Shown here: positions 12,591 to 24,082 of the stretch, piece after piece | Position numbering within the stretch: position 1 is the first letter of the stretch | How the letters are laid out: every line of letters starts with the position of its first letter | Assembly: GCA_028826165.1 (NCBI GenBank) | Contig: JAPDFW010000094.1 | Span: 1 to 64,000, forward strand | From: Anaeramoeba ignava BMAN | Lineage: Eukaryota > Protista > Anaeramoebae | Direction of reading: 5' to 3' | Length of the DNA: 64,000 nt | Notes under the pieces: generated by a model | The model's input: only the letters and a program-made list of their open reading frames with translations | The model's database searches: none | What the model was told of the DNA's origin: nothing | Translations under genes and position numbers: made by a program

Positions 12591-13874
12591 ATGTTTCCCT
12601 CAAATTATGGTTATCCTCTTCCAGATTCTTTAACAGAGAGTGATAAAAATCAATTTGAAGATCTTCAAAGAAGATTCCAATTACAACAATCAGGTTTTAA
12701 TTTAATAAAAATTTTTAAAAAAAAAAATAAAAAAAATTAATTTTTTCAATTTTCAAAATTTAAAAATAAAATACATAAAAGATACATTTATGGAGTAAGA
12801 GAAAATGAAAGAAGAATTATTTTTCTATTCAATTAAAAACAAATTTATATTTTATTATTTTATATTATATTAATTTTTAAAGTGATGAATATGAATATTC
12901 AGATGAAAGTAAAAGTTTTACAAATTTTCAAGAAAGTCGTTCAAAAACACCAAATAGTACAAGTGATTTGCTTGTGTAATTTTAATTAGAATTTTAATTT
13001 ATAAATGAATTTTAATTTTATAAATAAATTTTATAAATGAATTTTAATTTATAAATGAATTTTAATTTATAAATGAATTCTAATTTATAAATGAATTTTA
13101 ATTTTAATTTATAAATGAATTCTAATTTATAAATGAATTCTAATTTATAAATGAATTCTAATTTATAAATGAATTCTAATTTATAAATGAATTCTAATTT
13201 ATAAATGAATTATAATTTATAAATGAATTTTAATTTATAAATGAATTTTAATTTTATAAATGAATTTTAATTTATAAATGAATTTTAATTTTAATTTATA
13301 AATGAATTTTAATATTGATTTTGATTTTAATTTATAAATGAATTTTAATTTTAATTTTGATTTTAATATTGATTTTGATTTTAATTTATAAATGAATTTT
13401 AATTTTAGTCGAGATTCAGAAACAAAAAAAATGAATTCAGGAAGAGAAATGATTAATAGATTAATTGAAGAAAATAAAATTTTAAGAAAACAACAAACAG
13501 AATATTTACAAACAATTCAACAATTACAAGCAGAATTAAATTATGAAAAACAATTAAGAAGACAACATGAAAATGATTTACAAAGATATCAACAAATGCT
13601 TTCCTATTTATCATCAAATCAAATGCAAAATGATCAAATTTATCAACAAAATCCAAATTCTCAAAATTATTCAAATTATATCCAAAATTCAAATCAAAAT
13701 ATGGAAATTCATTCACAAAATCAAATTCAAAATGAAAGATATTCTCCATTTATTGTTCAAGATTCACGAAATCAAAATCTTAATCAACAACAAACTCAAG
13801 TTAATGTTCTTGATTCTGAAAATTTTAATTTACTTGTTAGTGAATTGAATAAACTTCAAGGAAATTCAAATTGA
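12591..13874 (+). CDS. Hypothetical coiled-coil, Q/N-rich protein; exons 12591-12693, 12782-12794 (13-nt microexon), 12883-12975, 13409-13874
   Basis: Hand-splicing at GT-AG sites gives an uninterrupted frame: MFPSNYGYP...QQSDTFMDDEYEY...DLLVRDSETK...LIEENKILRKQQTEYLQTIQQLQAEL. Confidence 0.65.
12990..13400 (+). repeat. ~18 bp tandem repeat (TTTATAAATGAATTYTAA) filling intron 12976-13408
   Basis: Visible tandem array. Confidence 0.9.
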
Positions 13875-14128
13875 AAATTTGGATTGTTATTTTTATTTTT
13901 ATTTTTATTTTTATTTTTATTTTTATTTTTATTTTTTTTAAAATCATTTTTTCAATTTATTTTTTATTAAAAAAAGGAGAAACAAAGTTTTAAAAACATT
14001 TACAAAACATTAAGTAAGTTTTTTTAATTTAATTTAATTTAATTTAGTTTGTTTACTTGGTGAAAAAAAAAAATTTTTTTTGATTGTTTTTTTTTTTTGA
14101 TTGTTTTTTTTTAAATAATAAATAGAAA

Positions 14129-16204
14129 ATGAATAAATTGGTTTTTTTCTTTCTGTTATCAATTTTGCTCTTTTTGTTCGTTGATTCAGTTACTTTGAAA
14201 AATTACATTGAACTCCCATTAGGAATGCAATCCACTAGACTTTCTTTAATTGATTCACAATCACATTATGTTTACTTTGTGAGTTCAAATGATGAAGTTC
14301 GTTCTTTCCTTTTCAAATTTGATACATTGATACTTGAATTTGTGGAAAAATTAGATCTTGGACAAAACGAAGTATATTGTGGAGTTGTTGATACTAATAC
14401 AAATTTTGGATATTTTGGAACAGATAATTCAGAAGGTTATATTATCAAAGTGGATCTCACTGGGATGTCAGTTATAGGAAGTATCCAAGTCAGTGGAGGA
14501 GGAAATTTTAAGACAGCACAAATTGATCCTACCAATCATTATGCATATTTCATTTCTTATGATCCACCGATTCCAGATGTTTTCAAAATTGATTTGAACT
14601 CGTTCACTCAAGTAGGTAGTTTAACAGTTTCTTCTGATTATCGTTATGGATCTGCTATTGATCTTGGTTCACAAAAGCTTTATATTATTGGATATTCATC
14701 CAACACAACTATTTACACAGTTGATTTGGCCAATTTCGTTTCTGGAGATTCACTTGCTTTAGAACAAGATGATGGAAGAGCTAGTTGTGCAGTGATTGAT
14801 ACTACCACAGGACAAATGTATCTTGGAACAGCGACTCAACCACCAAAAGTAATCAAAGTTGATTTGACTTCTTTTTCTCGAGTTGGAAGTTATCTAATGG
14901 GTGATTATTATTCAATCAGTCATGCTGCTATTGATATTCCCAATTCTTTCGCTTATTTCCTAGTTGAAGATGAACCGTATCTTCTGAAATTCAATCTGGC
15001 ATCTTCATCTCTTGTTGGTGATTTAAAACTTAATTCAAGCAGTGCAAGATCAATGTCCTTCAATCAAACAAACCAAACCCTTTTCATTGGGATGAGTGGA
15101 TCTCAAGTAATCAAAGTGAATGTTCAATCAATGAATAAGGAAGACTATGTTGTGCTGCCAGATTATGAAAATCCAAAAACAATCCTTATTGATGAAGCTG
15201 CTCAAATTGCTTATGTTGGATTTTATACTAATTTTGCATTGAATGCAAAAATCAATCTTACTTCACTTGAAATTCTCGACTACTTAATCACTGAAGATCC
15301 TGAGCAGTATATTCTATATGGAGAAATTGATTTGGATAATGAAGTTGTTTATTACTTCACTTATGAAGGACTAACCATTATCAAAATTAACATTTCGGAT
15401 TTTTCCATTTCTGAAATCAAAGAAATTTCTGCACCAGGAGGTTCAAACGGAACACTTGGAACAGCATTTGATAATCAAACTCATTTTCTCTATGTTGGAT
15501 TTCAAGCCAATGATAACAACACCATTTTCAAATTTAATTCCCCTGATTTAACATTAGTTGATGAATTGAATCTTGGAGAAAAGGAAATTCGCGCCTTATC
15601 CATTCATTCCAGTCAAGGATTTCTTTATGTTGCTTATCGGAACTATTCAACCGGTTATTTTACTCTGCTTGAAATTCTCTTATCTTCTTTCACTGAAAAT
15701 CGAAATCTTAACTTATCGGATTATGTTGTTGATACACTTCTTCTTGATACAAAACACGATTATTTGTATTTGGGAACTAATACTGATGATTCTGTTGCTC
15801 GAAATTCTGTTTCTGCCGAACCCACTTTCGCAGAAATTTGTCGAATTGATTTATCCAGTTTAATGATTCTTGATTGCAATCAACTCCAAAATGTTGATAC
15901 TGTTGAAATGGCTGTTTTGAGTTCTAATCAAGATTATGCATATTTTTTCACTCATTCTTCAACATCAAAAGTATTTGAAGTTACAACTTATAATAATGTT
16001 ATCACTTCATCTCAAACATTTGATTCTCTCTCATTTATTGAAGCTGCAGCAACTGATTCCACTCATCAAATGTTTTATGTTTCCACTGATGATGCTCCTG
16101 TTATTTTTGCTCAATTTTCTGAATATTCACCAGGAGATTCAAGTCAACAAATTCTTTTTTCATTTTGGATTTTTGGATTAATGATTTTATTCTTCTTTTT
16201 CTAA
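14129..16204 (+). CDS. Secreted multi-blade beta-propeller protein with probable GPI-anchor signal
   Basis: Signal peptide MNKLVFFFLLSILLFLFVDS. ~43-45 aa repeats of the type AxIDxxxxxxY(F/L)G...xKVDLxSF. Terminal hydrophobic stretch with no cytosolic tail (PGDSSQQILFSFWIFGLMILFFFF*). Intronless. Confidence 0.75.
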   Translation: MNKLVFFFLLSILLFLFVDSVTLKNYIELPLGMQSTRLSLIDSQSHYVYFVSSNDEVRSFLFKFDTLILEFVEKLDLGQNEVYCGVVDTNTNFGYFGTDNSEGYIIKVDLTGMSVIGSIQVSGGGNFKTAQIDPTNHYAYFISYDPPIPDVFKIDLNSFTQVGSLTVSSDYRYGSAIDLGSQKLYIIGYSSNTTIYTVDLANFVSGDSLALEQDDGRASCAVIDTTTGQMYLGTATQPPKVIKVDLTSFSRVGSYLMGDYYSISHAAIDIPNSFAYFLVEDEPYLLKFNLASSSLVGDLKLNSSSARSMSFNQTNQTLFIGMSGSQVIKVNVQSMNKEDYVVLPDYENPKTILIDEAAQIAYVGFYTNFALNAKINLTSLEILDYLITEDPEQYILYGEIDLDNEVVYYFTYEGLTIIKINISDFSISEIKEISAPGGSNGTLGTAFDNQTHFLYVGFQANDNNTIFKFNSPDLTLVDELNLGEKEIRALSIHSSQGFLYVAYRNYSTGYFTLLEILLSSFTENRNLNLSDYVVDTLLLDTKHDYLYLGTNTDDSVARNSVSAEPTFAEICRIDLSSLMILDCNQLQNVDTVEMAVLSSNQDYAYFFTHSSTSKVFEVTTYNNVITSSQTFDSLSFIEAAATDSTHQMFYVSTDDAPVIFAQFSEYSPGDSSQQILFSFWIFGLMILFFFF

Positions 16205-16214
16205 TTCAAAAATT

Positions 16215-17130
16215 TTTTTTTTTCAATAAGAAATTCAAAAGCAATTTCAAAAACAATTTCAAAAACAATTTCAAAAAGAAATTCAAAAAGAAATTCAAAA
16301 ACAAATTCAATTTTAATTTTAATTTTAATTTGATTTTAATTTTGATTTTAATTTTGATTTTAATTTTCATTTTCATTCAAATTTTGAATTTTAATTTCAT
16401 TTTCATTTTCATTCAAATTTTCATTCAAATTTTGAATTTTAATTTGATTTTAATTTTCATTTTCATTTTCATTCAAATTTTGAATTTTAATTTCATTTTG
16501 ATTTTAATTTTCATTTTCATTCAAATTTTCATTCAAATTTTCATTCAAATTTTGAATTTTAATTTGATTTTGATTTTCATTCAAATTTTCATTCAAATTT
16601 TGAATTTTAATTTGATTTTGATTTTCATTCAAATTTTGAATTTTAATTTGAATTTGATTTTCATTCAAATTTTGAATTTGATTTTGATTTTAATTTTAAT
16701 TTGATTTTAATTTTGATTTTCATTCAAAAACAAATTCAATTTTGATTTTAATTTTAATTTGATTTTAATTTTGATTTTCATTCAAAAACAAATTCAATTT
16801 TGATTTTAATTTCATTCAAATTTTGAATTTTAATTTCATTTTGATTTTCATTTTCATTCAAATTTTGAATTTTAATTTTAATTTGATTTTCATTTTCATT
16901 CAAATTTTGAATTTTAATTTGATTTTGATTTTCATTCAAATTTTGAATTTTAATTTGATTTTCATTTTCATTTGATTTTAATTTTGATTTTAATTTTGAT
17001 TTTCATTTTCATTCAAATTTTGAATTTTAATTTCATTTTGATTTTCATTCAAATTTTCATTTTGATTTTCATTCAAATTTTCATTTTGATTTTCATTCAA
17101 ATTTTCATTTTCATTCAAATTTAAATCAAA
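16215..17130 (-). repeat. Composite AAAATG/AAAATC/AATTTG repeat spanning the LRR-PP2C C-terminus and 3' spacer
   Basis: The same units encode NENQNENL and continue past the TAA at 16990. Confidence 0.9.
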
Positions 17131-20100
17131 ATCAAAATGATTATTTAAATCCAAATTTTCAATTTTATTCTTTTTCCGATTTCGATTTCTTTTTTTCTTT
17201 TTTATAAGAACTTGTGAATTTTTATTTTTCCAAGGATTCAAAGAAATAACAATAACAGAAATATTATCAGTACTTCCAAGAGCATAAGCAGTATTTCTCA
17301 AAAGCAAAGCAGCTTTAGAAGGAGAACGAGAATAAACAGCGATATCAGCAATTTGTTGGTCTGAAAGAACATCAGAAATTCCATCACAAAAAATAATTAA
17401 AAATTGATCATTTTCGGAAACAGAAAAAGAAGAAACATGAGGTTTGCAGGTAACAAGAGGAGAGAATTCCAAGTCGCCAAGCGCACGTGAAATGGCGAGA
17501 CCACCATTGACTCTTCCATCGCTTGAAATACACCCGCCAAGTCCGCGGATGCGCCGATATTCCTTAGCGAGATTTGGATGATGATCTTGAGATACTCGGA
17601 TTGCTTTTGAATTTCTCACTAAAATTGCTCGTGAATCCCCTGTATTCGCTACATAACATTCATCCTTGATAAATACGGCAACAACTGCTGTGCTTCCCCC
17701 TTGCTCTTTTCTCTCGTCAATATGGTTGTTGAACTCTTGGAAAATTTTATTGAACATTGATTTGATTTCTTGTTTTTTTCCATTTTTTTCATCGTGATTT
17801 TCAAATTGATATTTCAAAATATTTGGATGATTGATTTTTTTTGCAGGAGAAATAAATCGAGTTTTATGCATTTTTATGCGTGAGTTTTTGGGGATTTTGA
17901 GGATAAATTGACTTGCGGAAGGCATTTTGGGTTGATTTTGGAGTTTTGACAATCGCGAGTTGATGAAAAAATCTGATTGATTTTCTGGCTGAATAAAATG
18001 AACAAGATGGTTTGTGAGATGGTGAAGAATTGAAGGAGGAATTATTTTTGCCGCAAGCGATGAGACAATATCATTTCCATGTCCATCAAAAAGGGAATAA
18101 ATATCGATGTTTGAGAAAGTGCCCATTCCCGCTTTTATATCAAAAGCGTCTTCCATGAACTCTCTTTTGCCGCGCATATCCGCATAGCCCACTTTTCTGC
18201 GGAGTGATTTAGTGCTAATACAACGGGCATTCGGGGTTTTCTGATAGAAAGAAACAAGCAGACGCTTTAGACAAGGAAAATACGACAAGGAATGCATTGT
18301 CAGATAAATCGTGTCGATATTGTTTGTTTGCAAGCTGATATTGCTTAGATTATCCACAATTGTTTGTTGCATTCTTTCTTGGCTGTCGATATTATCCCCC
18401 AAATAATTTTCAATTGTTTTTGTGAATTTTGTCGACAGCGTGTTTCCTTCAAGACATAACGTTTGAAGATGAGGTAGTCTTTTAATCGATGAGAGATCTA
18501 CTCTCTGTGTTTTGTTATGCGCAAGTTTGAGTGATTCTAGTTGCATTTCTTTCGAGAATTTTCCTCCCGAAATTTTTCCGATTTTGTTTCTTGATAGATC
18601 AAGTTCTTTCAAGTGATCCATTTTGTACCATTCAGCATGGAACTCTGTGAGAAGATTGTATGAAAGATCAATCGAAAGGGTGGCTTTTCTAGCGGGAAAA
18701 TCAAGTGCAAAAAAATCTGCTGGTAAATTTTGAATCAAATTTCCGCTCAAATTAATCACACTTAAGCTCTGTATCTTTCCAAGTGTCTCTGGGATCGAGC
18801 CTAGCTTGTTGCAGCTTGCATCCAGCTCGATTAGATGAGAAAGATTTTGGATATCGTTCGGCAGTGTGGTCAGGAAACACAATGAAATGTGCAAAATTTC
18901 CAATCTTTTCAATTTTGTGATTACGAGAGGAAAATTTTTGAATTTATTTCCTGACAGAATAAGCACACTCAAATTCCGCAAATTGGAAAAAGATTCGGGG
19001 AGCTTTCTGAGATTGTTGTTGTCCAAAGAAAGTTTGGAAAGGTTCTGCAACCTGCCGATGTCTTTTGGAAGAACATTTATCAAATTTGAAGACAAAGAAA
19101 TTTCTTCAAGTTTTTCTAAAACACAAAAAGTGTCCGGAAGTTTTTGTATCTTATTTGAGGACATGTACAGAATGCGCAGACAGGCCAATGCGCCTATTGA
19201 AGAGGGAACATGAGATATATTGTTGTGATCCATGAACAAGTACTCCAATTTTGTGAGACTTGAAAGCGCCGATGAAGAAATGTTTGAAATGCTATTTTTG
19301 GATAAATCAAGACCTTTCAAGTTTTCTAGCTCGATTGTGAACTCCTTTATATTATTTCGGTTGAGTGAAAGATCAATAAGCGATCTCATCTCCTTGAATA
19401 TTGCAGGTATTTGCTCGAATTGGTTCTCATTTAGTGATAAAGTGATTAATGAATTAGCAACAACTTGTGGATTTTCGGGAAAATTTTTCAGTTCGTTCCG
19501 ATCCAATTTCAAAACTTCAAGATCCCCAAGTTCGTGGATCAACGGACTCACTTTAGAAATCTTGTTCCGATTTGCGATCAAGATCTTAATTTTTTTAAAC
19601 GAGGAAACGGAATCAGGAAGTTCGGTTAAAAAATTGTCCGAAATATCAAGATTCAACAATTTGCTCATTCCAGCAATCTCCAATTTCTCAGGCAACTTTG
19701 TAATCATATTCTGTGAGATCTTAAGAACACGAAGCTTGCGCAGAAGCGAGATTCCAGGGCTCCATTTCTCGAGTTTGTTGACATCGAGATGAAGCTCTTT
19801 TAAATTTCTCAATGATCCAATTTGGAACGGCAAAGCGCCTATCCTGTTTCTATATAGCCCAAGTACCTTCAGGCTCATAAAATCCGATAGTATATCTTTT
19901 GGTATCTCAGATATTCTGTTTATTGAAAGATCCAATTGCTTTAAATTTCGTAAATTTTTCATTTTTTCTGGCACATCCTTGATATTATTATTGCTTAAAT
20001 CTAATGTTTCAAGACTCGTAAGTCCAAATAGCCCATTTGGTATTGTTTCTATTTTGTTCTCGCTGAAATTTAATGTTGTGAGTGTCCGTAATTTACTCAT

Positions 20101-20250
20101 AAATTGTGGGATTTTTTGGATCTCGTTTTGTTGAATTAGGAATGTTTTTAATGCTTTTGTTTTTTTTATTTCTTTTGGAATTTCTTTTAAATTTTGATTC
20201 GAAATATCAATTTTTTCTGTTTTTTTAATATCTTCTATATTTTGAGACAT
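16990..20250 (-). CDS. Leucine-rich repeat + PP2C phosphatase (PHLPP/Cyr1-like LRR-PP2C module)
   Basis: More than 20 LxxLxLxxN repeats, then PP2C motifs MED, FDGHG, NTGDSRA, GLAISRALGD, CDG and TDNIS. The likely start is MSQNIE at 20250; the ORF extends to 20316. Confidence 0.9.
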   Translation of the reverse strand: MSQNIEDIKKTEKIDISNQNLKEIPKEIKKTKALKTFLIQQNEIQKIPQFMSKLRTLTTLNFSENKIETIPNGLFGLTSLETLDLSNNNIKDVPEKMKNLRNLKQLDLSINRISEIPKDILSDFMSLKVLGLYRNRIGALPFQIGSLRNLKELHLDVNKLEKWSPGISLLRKLRVLKISQNMITKLPEKLEIAGMSKLLNLDISDNFLTELPDSVSSFKKIKILIANRNKISKVSPLIHELGDLEVLKLDRNELKNFPENPQVVANSLITLSLNENQFEQIPAIFKEMRSLIDLSLNRNNIKEFTIELENLKGLDLSKNSISNISSSALSSLTKLEYLFMDHNNISHVPSSIGALACLRILYMSSNKIQKLPDTFCVLEKLEEISLSSNLINVLPKDIGRLQNLSKLSLDNNNLRKLPESFSNLRNLSVLILSGNKFKNFPLVITKLKRLEILHISLCFLTTLPNDIQNLSHLIELDASCNKLGSIPETLGKIQSLSVINLSGNLIQNLPADFFALDFPARKATLSIDLSYNLLTEFHAEWYKMDHLKELDLSRNKIGKISGGKFSKEMQLESLKLAHNKTQRVDLSSIKRLPHLQTLCLEGNTLSTKFTKTIENYLGDNIDSQERMQQTIVDNLSNISLQTNNIDTIYLTMHSLSYFPCLKRLLVSFYQKTPNARCISTKSLRRKVGYADMRGKREFMEDAFDIKAGMGTFSNIDIYSLFDGHGNDIVSSLAAKIIPPSILHHLTNHLVHFIQPENQSDFFINSRLSKLQNQPKMPSASQFILKIPKNSRIKMHKTRFISPAKKINHPNILKYQFENHDEKNGKKQEIKSMFNKIFQEFNNHIDERKEQGGSTAVVAVFIKDECYVANTGDSRAILVRNSKAIRVSQDHHPNLAKEYRRIRGLGGCISSDGRVNGGLAISRALGDLEFSPLVTCKPHVSSFSVSENDQFLIIFCDGISDVLSDQQIADIAVYSRSPSKAALLLRNTAYALGSTDNISVIVISLNPWKNKNSQVLIKKKKRNRNRKKNKIENLDLNNHFDFDLNLNENENLNENQNENLNENQNENLNENQNEIKIQNLNENENQN

Positions 20251-20358
20251 TTTTGTTAATAAAAAGAAGAAATAAACAATAATATTAAGAAAAAAAATGA
20301 TTTTAATTTTTTTCATTTTTCATTTTTCATTTTTCATTTAAAAAAAAATTTTTTTCTT

Positions 20359-20390
<32 letters not shown>

Positions 20391-20411
20391 AAAAATACAA
20401 ATATTATTCAA

Positions 20412-23400
20412 ATGATTACAAAAAGTTTTCTTTTATTTTCAATTTTAGCATTTCTTATTCGAATTGGTTTTATTATTTATGGAGAATGGCAAGATAAAAA
20501 TTGTAAATTATAAATAAAATTATAAATAAAATTATAAATAAAATTATAAATTAAATTATAAATTAAATTATAAATTAAATTATAAATTATAAATAAAATT
20601 ATAAATTAAATTATAAATTAAATTATAAATTAAATTATAAATTAAATTATAAATTAAATTATAAATTAAATTATAAATAAAATTATAAATAAAATTATAA
20701 ATAAAATTATAAATTAAATTATAAATAAAATTATAAATTAAATTATAAATTAAATTATAAATAAAATTATAAATTAAATTATAAAATTATAAATTAAATT
20801 ATAAATTAAATTATAAATAAAATTATAAATAAAATTATAAATTAAAATTATAAATAAAATTATAAATTAAATTATAAATAAAATTATAAATAAAATTATA
20901 AATTTAAAATTATAAATAAAATTATAAATAAAAATATAAAAAATAAAAAAAAATTATAAAATAAAAAAAATTAAATTATAAATAAAAATTATAAATAAAA
21001 TTATAAAATTAAATAAAATATAAATTAAAATTATAAATAAAATTAAATTATAAATAAAATTATAAATAAAATTATAAATAAAATTATAAATAAAATTATA
21101 AATAAAATTATAAATAAAATTATAAATTAAATTATAAATAAAATTATAAATAAAATTATAAATAAAATTATAAATAAAATTATAAATAAAATTAAAATAA
21201 AATATAAAAAATAAAATAAAATATAAATTAAAATAAAATTATAAATAAAATTATAAATAAAAATTATAAATAAAATTATAAATAAATTATAAATAAAAAT
21301 TATAAATTAAAATTATAAATAAAATTATAAATTAAATTATAAATAAAATTATAAATAAAATTATAAATTAAAATTATAAAATTAAATAAAATTATAAATA
21401 AAATTATAAATTAAAATTATAAATTAAATTATAAATAAAATTATAAATAAAATTATAAATAAAATTATAAATTAAAATTATAAATTAAATAAAATTATAA
21501 ATAAAATTAATAAATTATAAATAAAAAATTATAAATAAAATTATAAATAAAATTATAAATAAAATTATAAATTAAAAATTATAAATAAAATTATAAATTA
21601 AATTATAAATAAAATTATAAATTAAATTAAATTAAAATTATAAATTAAATTATAAATAAAATTAAATTATAAATAAAATTATAAAATAAAAATTATAAAT
21701 AAAATTATAAATTAAATTATAAATAAAATTATAAATAAAATTATAAATTAAATAAATAAAATTATAAATAAAATTATAAATTAAATTATAAATAAAAATT
21801 ATAAATTAAAATTATAAATAAAATTATAAATAAAATTATAAATAAAATTATAAATTAAATTATAAATAAAATTATAAATAAAATTATAAATAAATTAAAT
21901 TATAAATAAAATTATAAATTAAATTATAAATAAAATTATAAATAAAAATTATAAATTAAATTATAAATTAAATTATAAATAAAATTATAAATTAAAATAA
22001 AATTATAAATAAAATTATAAAATAAATTATAAAAAAAAATTATAAAAATAAAATTATAAATAAAATTATAAATAAAATTATAAATAAAATTATAAAATAA
22101 AATATAAAAAAAATTATAAAAATTAAAATTATAAATTAAATTATAAATTAAATAAATTATAAATAAAATTATAAATTAAATTATAAATTAAATTATAAAT
22201 TAAATTATAAATAAAATTATAAATAAAATTATAAATAAAATTATAAATTAAAAAATAAAATTATAAATAAAAATTATAAATTCAAATTATAAATAAAATT
22301 ATAAATAAAAATTATAAATAAAATAAATAAATTATAAATTAAATAAAATTATAAATAAAATTATAAATAAAATTATAAATTAAATTATAAATAAAATTAT
22401 AAATAAAATTATAAATAAAATTATAAATAAAATTATAAATAAAATTATAAATAAAATTATAAATAAAATTATAAATTAAATTATAAATTAAATTATAAAT
22501 AAAATTATAAATTAAATTATAAATTAAATTATAAATTAAATTATAAATTAAATTATAAATTAAATTATAAATTAAATTATAAATTAAATTATAAATAAAA
22601 TTATAAATAAAATTATAAATTAAATTATAAATAAAATTATAAATTAAATTATAAATTAAATTATAAATTAAATTATAAATTAAATTATAAATTAAAATTA
22701 TAAATTTATAAATAAATTAAAATATAAATAAAATTATAAAATTTTAGTAACTGTAAAATATACAGATATCGATTACATTGTATTCACAGACGCATCAAGA
22801 TTTGTAACCAAAGGAGAATCACCATACAATAGAGCAACCTACAGATACACACCACTTCTAGCATATATTTTAACTCCAAATATATATTTAAATCAATTGT
22901 TTGGAAAAATAATTTTTAGTATTTCTGACATTCTTGTTGCTTACATCCTCTTTTCAATATCAAAACTCCGTAGCTTCAACCTGAAAACAGCTACAATTCT
23001 CATCTCATCTCTATGGTTGTTTAACCCGATCATCATCAATATTTCTACTCGTGGAAACGCAGAATCAATTGTCTGTCTCCTTGTTGTTCTTACTATTTAT
23101 CTTCTTTTATCCCAACTTGTTTTCCTTGGTTCAATTATATTCGCTCTTGCTGTGCATTTTAAAATCTTCCCCATTTTATATGCTCTCCCCTTTCTTCTTA
23201 TGATGGATGATAATTACTCCAAAAAACCAGCAAACAAAGACTCAAATAATCGGAACGATCCAAAAAATTCTGAAACAAAAAAATCAAAAAATTTCTTCAT
23301 GTCAATTCTTTCCTTCTTCAACAGAAACAGATTGGAATTTGGATTTGTCAGCGCAATCACATTTCTTGGATTGACGGCTTTATTCTATTATATATATGGC

Positions 23401-23955
23401 TTTCATTTCCTATATGAAGCCTACTTGTATCACGTTGTGCGACACGACAATCGGCACAACTTCTCAGTTTATTTTTATCAATTATACTTGATGAGCGGGT
23501 CGCAAGCCCCTCAAGAGACAGACAGTTCTCCTATACTGGCAATCCTCGCCTTTTTACCCCAGCTAGTTTTGCTTGGTGTCTTCTCAATCAAGTTCTCTAA
23601 AGACACAATTTTTGCTTGTTTTTTAAATACTTTTACTTTTGTTATGTTTAATAAAGTTTGTACTGTTCAATATTTCGCTTGGTATTTCGCCTTGATTCCT
23701 CTTATACTCTCTGATTCTTCACTCAAAATTTCACGCGGTTTGTTCTCTCTTCTTATTTGGTACGCATCTCAATTGCTTTGGCTTTATTTTGCTTATCAAT
23801 TAGAATTTTTGGGAAATAATACTTTCTTTTTTGTTTGGTTTGCCGGGATTTTATTCTTTTTTGCTAATCTTTGGGTTTTAATTGAATTCCTTATTTCTCA
23901 TAAAGATACTGTTTTGTTTTTAAATGGAAAAATTAAGAAACAAAAAGAGGATTAG
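20412..23955 (+). CDS. PIGM: GPI mannosyltransferase 1; exons 20412-20502 and 22748-23955
   Basis: YGEWQD|..VKYTDIDY, SPYNRATYRYTPL, ISTRGNAE, HFKIFP, RHNFSVYFY, FNKVCTVQYF. Multi-TM protein with a C-terminal KKQKED. Confidence 0.95.
20503..22747 (+). repeat. 2245-bp intron made almost entirely of an 11-bp A/T repeat (AAATTATAAAT/AAATTATAAATT variants)
   Basis: Runs from GTAAATT at 20503 to TTTTAG at 22747. Essentially no G or C inside. Confidence 0.95.
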
Positions 23956-24082
23956 ATTTATTTTTTTTTACCAAAAATATTCAACAAAAATTTTTTCAAT
24001 TAAAAAATTCAAATCAATTTAATTCTTTTGGAAAATCTTTTTTTTTTTTGTTTTTATTGATTCTTTTCTTTTAAAAAAAAGA

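Noticed and set aside
17760-18030. Insert in the PP2C domain (and inserts in exportin-7) as inteins
   Set aside because: There is no C/S start with an HN-C/S/T end and no Hint or LAGLIDADG motifs. The inserts are short or low-complexity.
18866-19792. Antisense ORFs within LRR-PP2C, exportin-7 and BMS1
   Set aside because: These are shadow ORFs of higher-GC coding sequence with no recognisable motifs.
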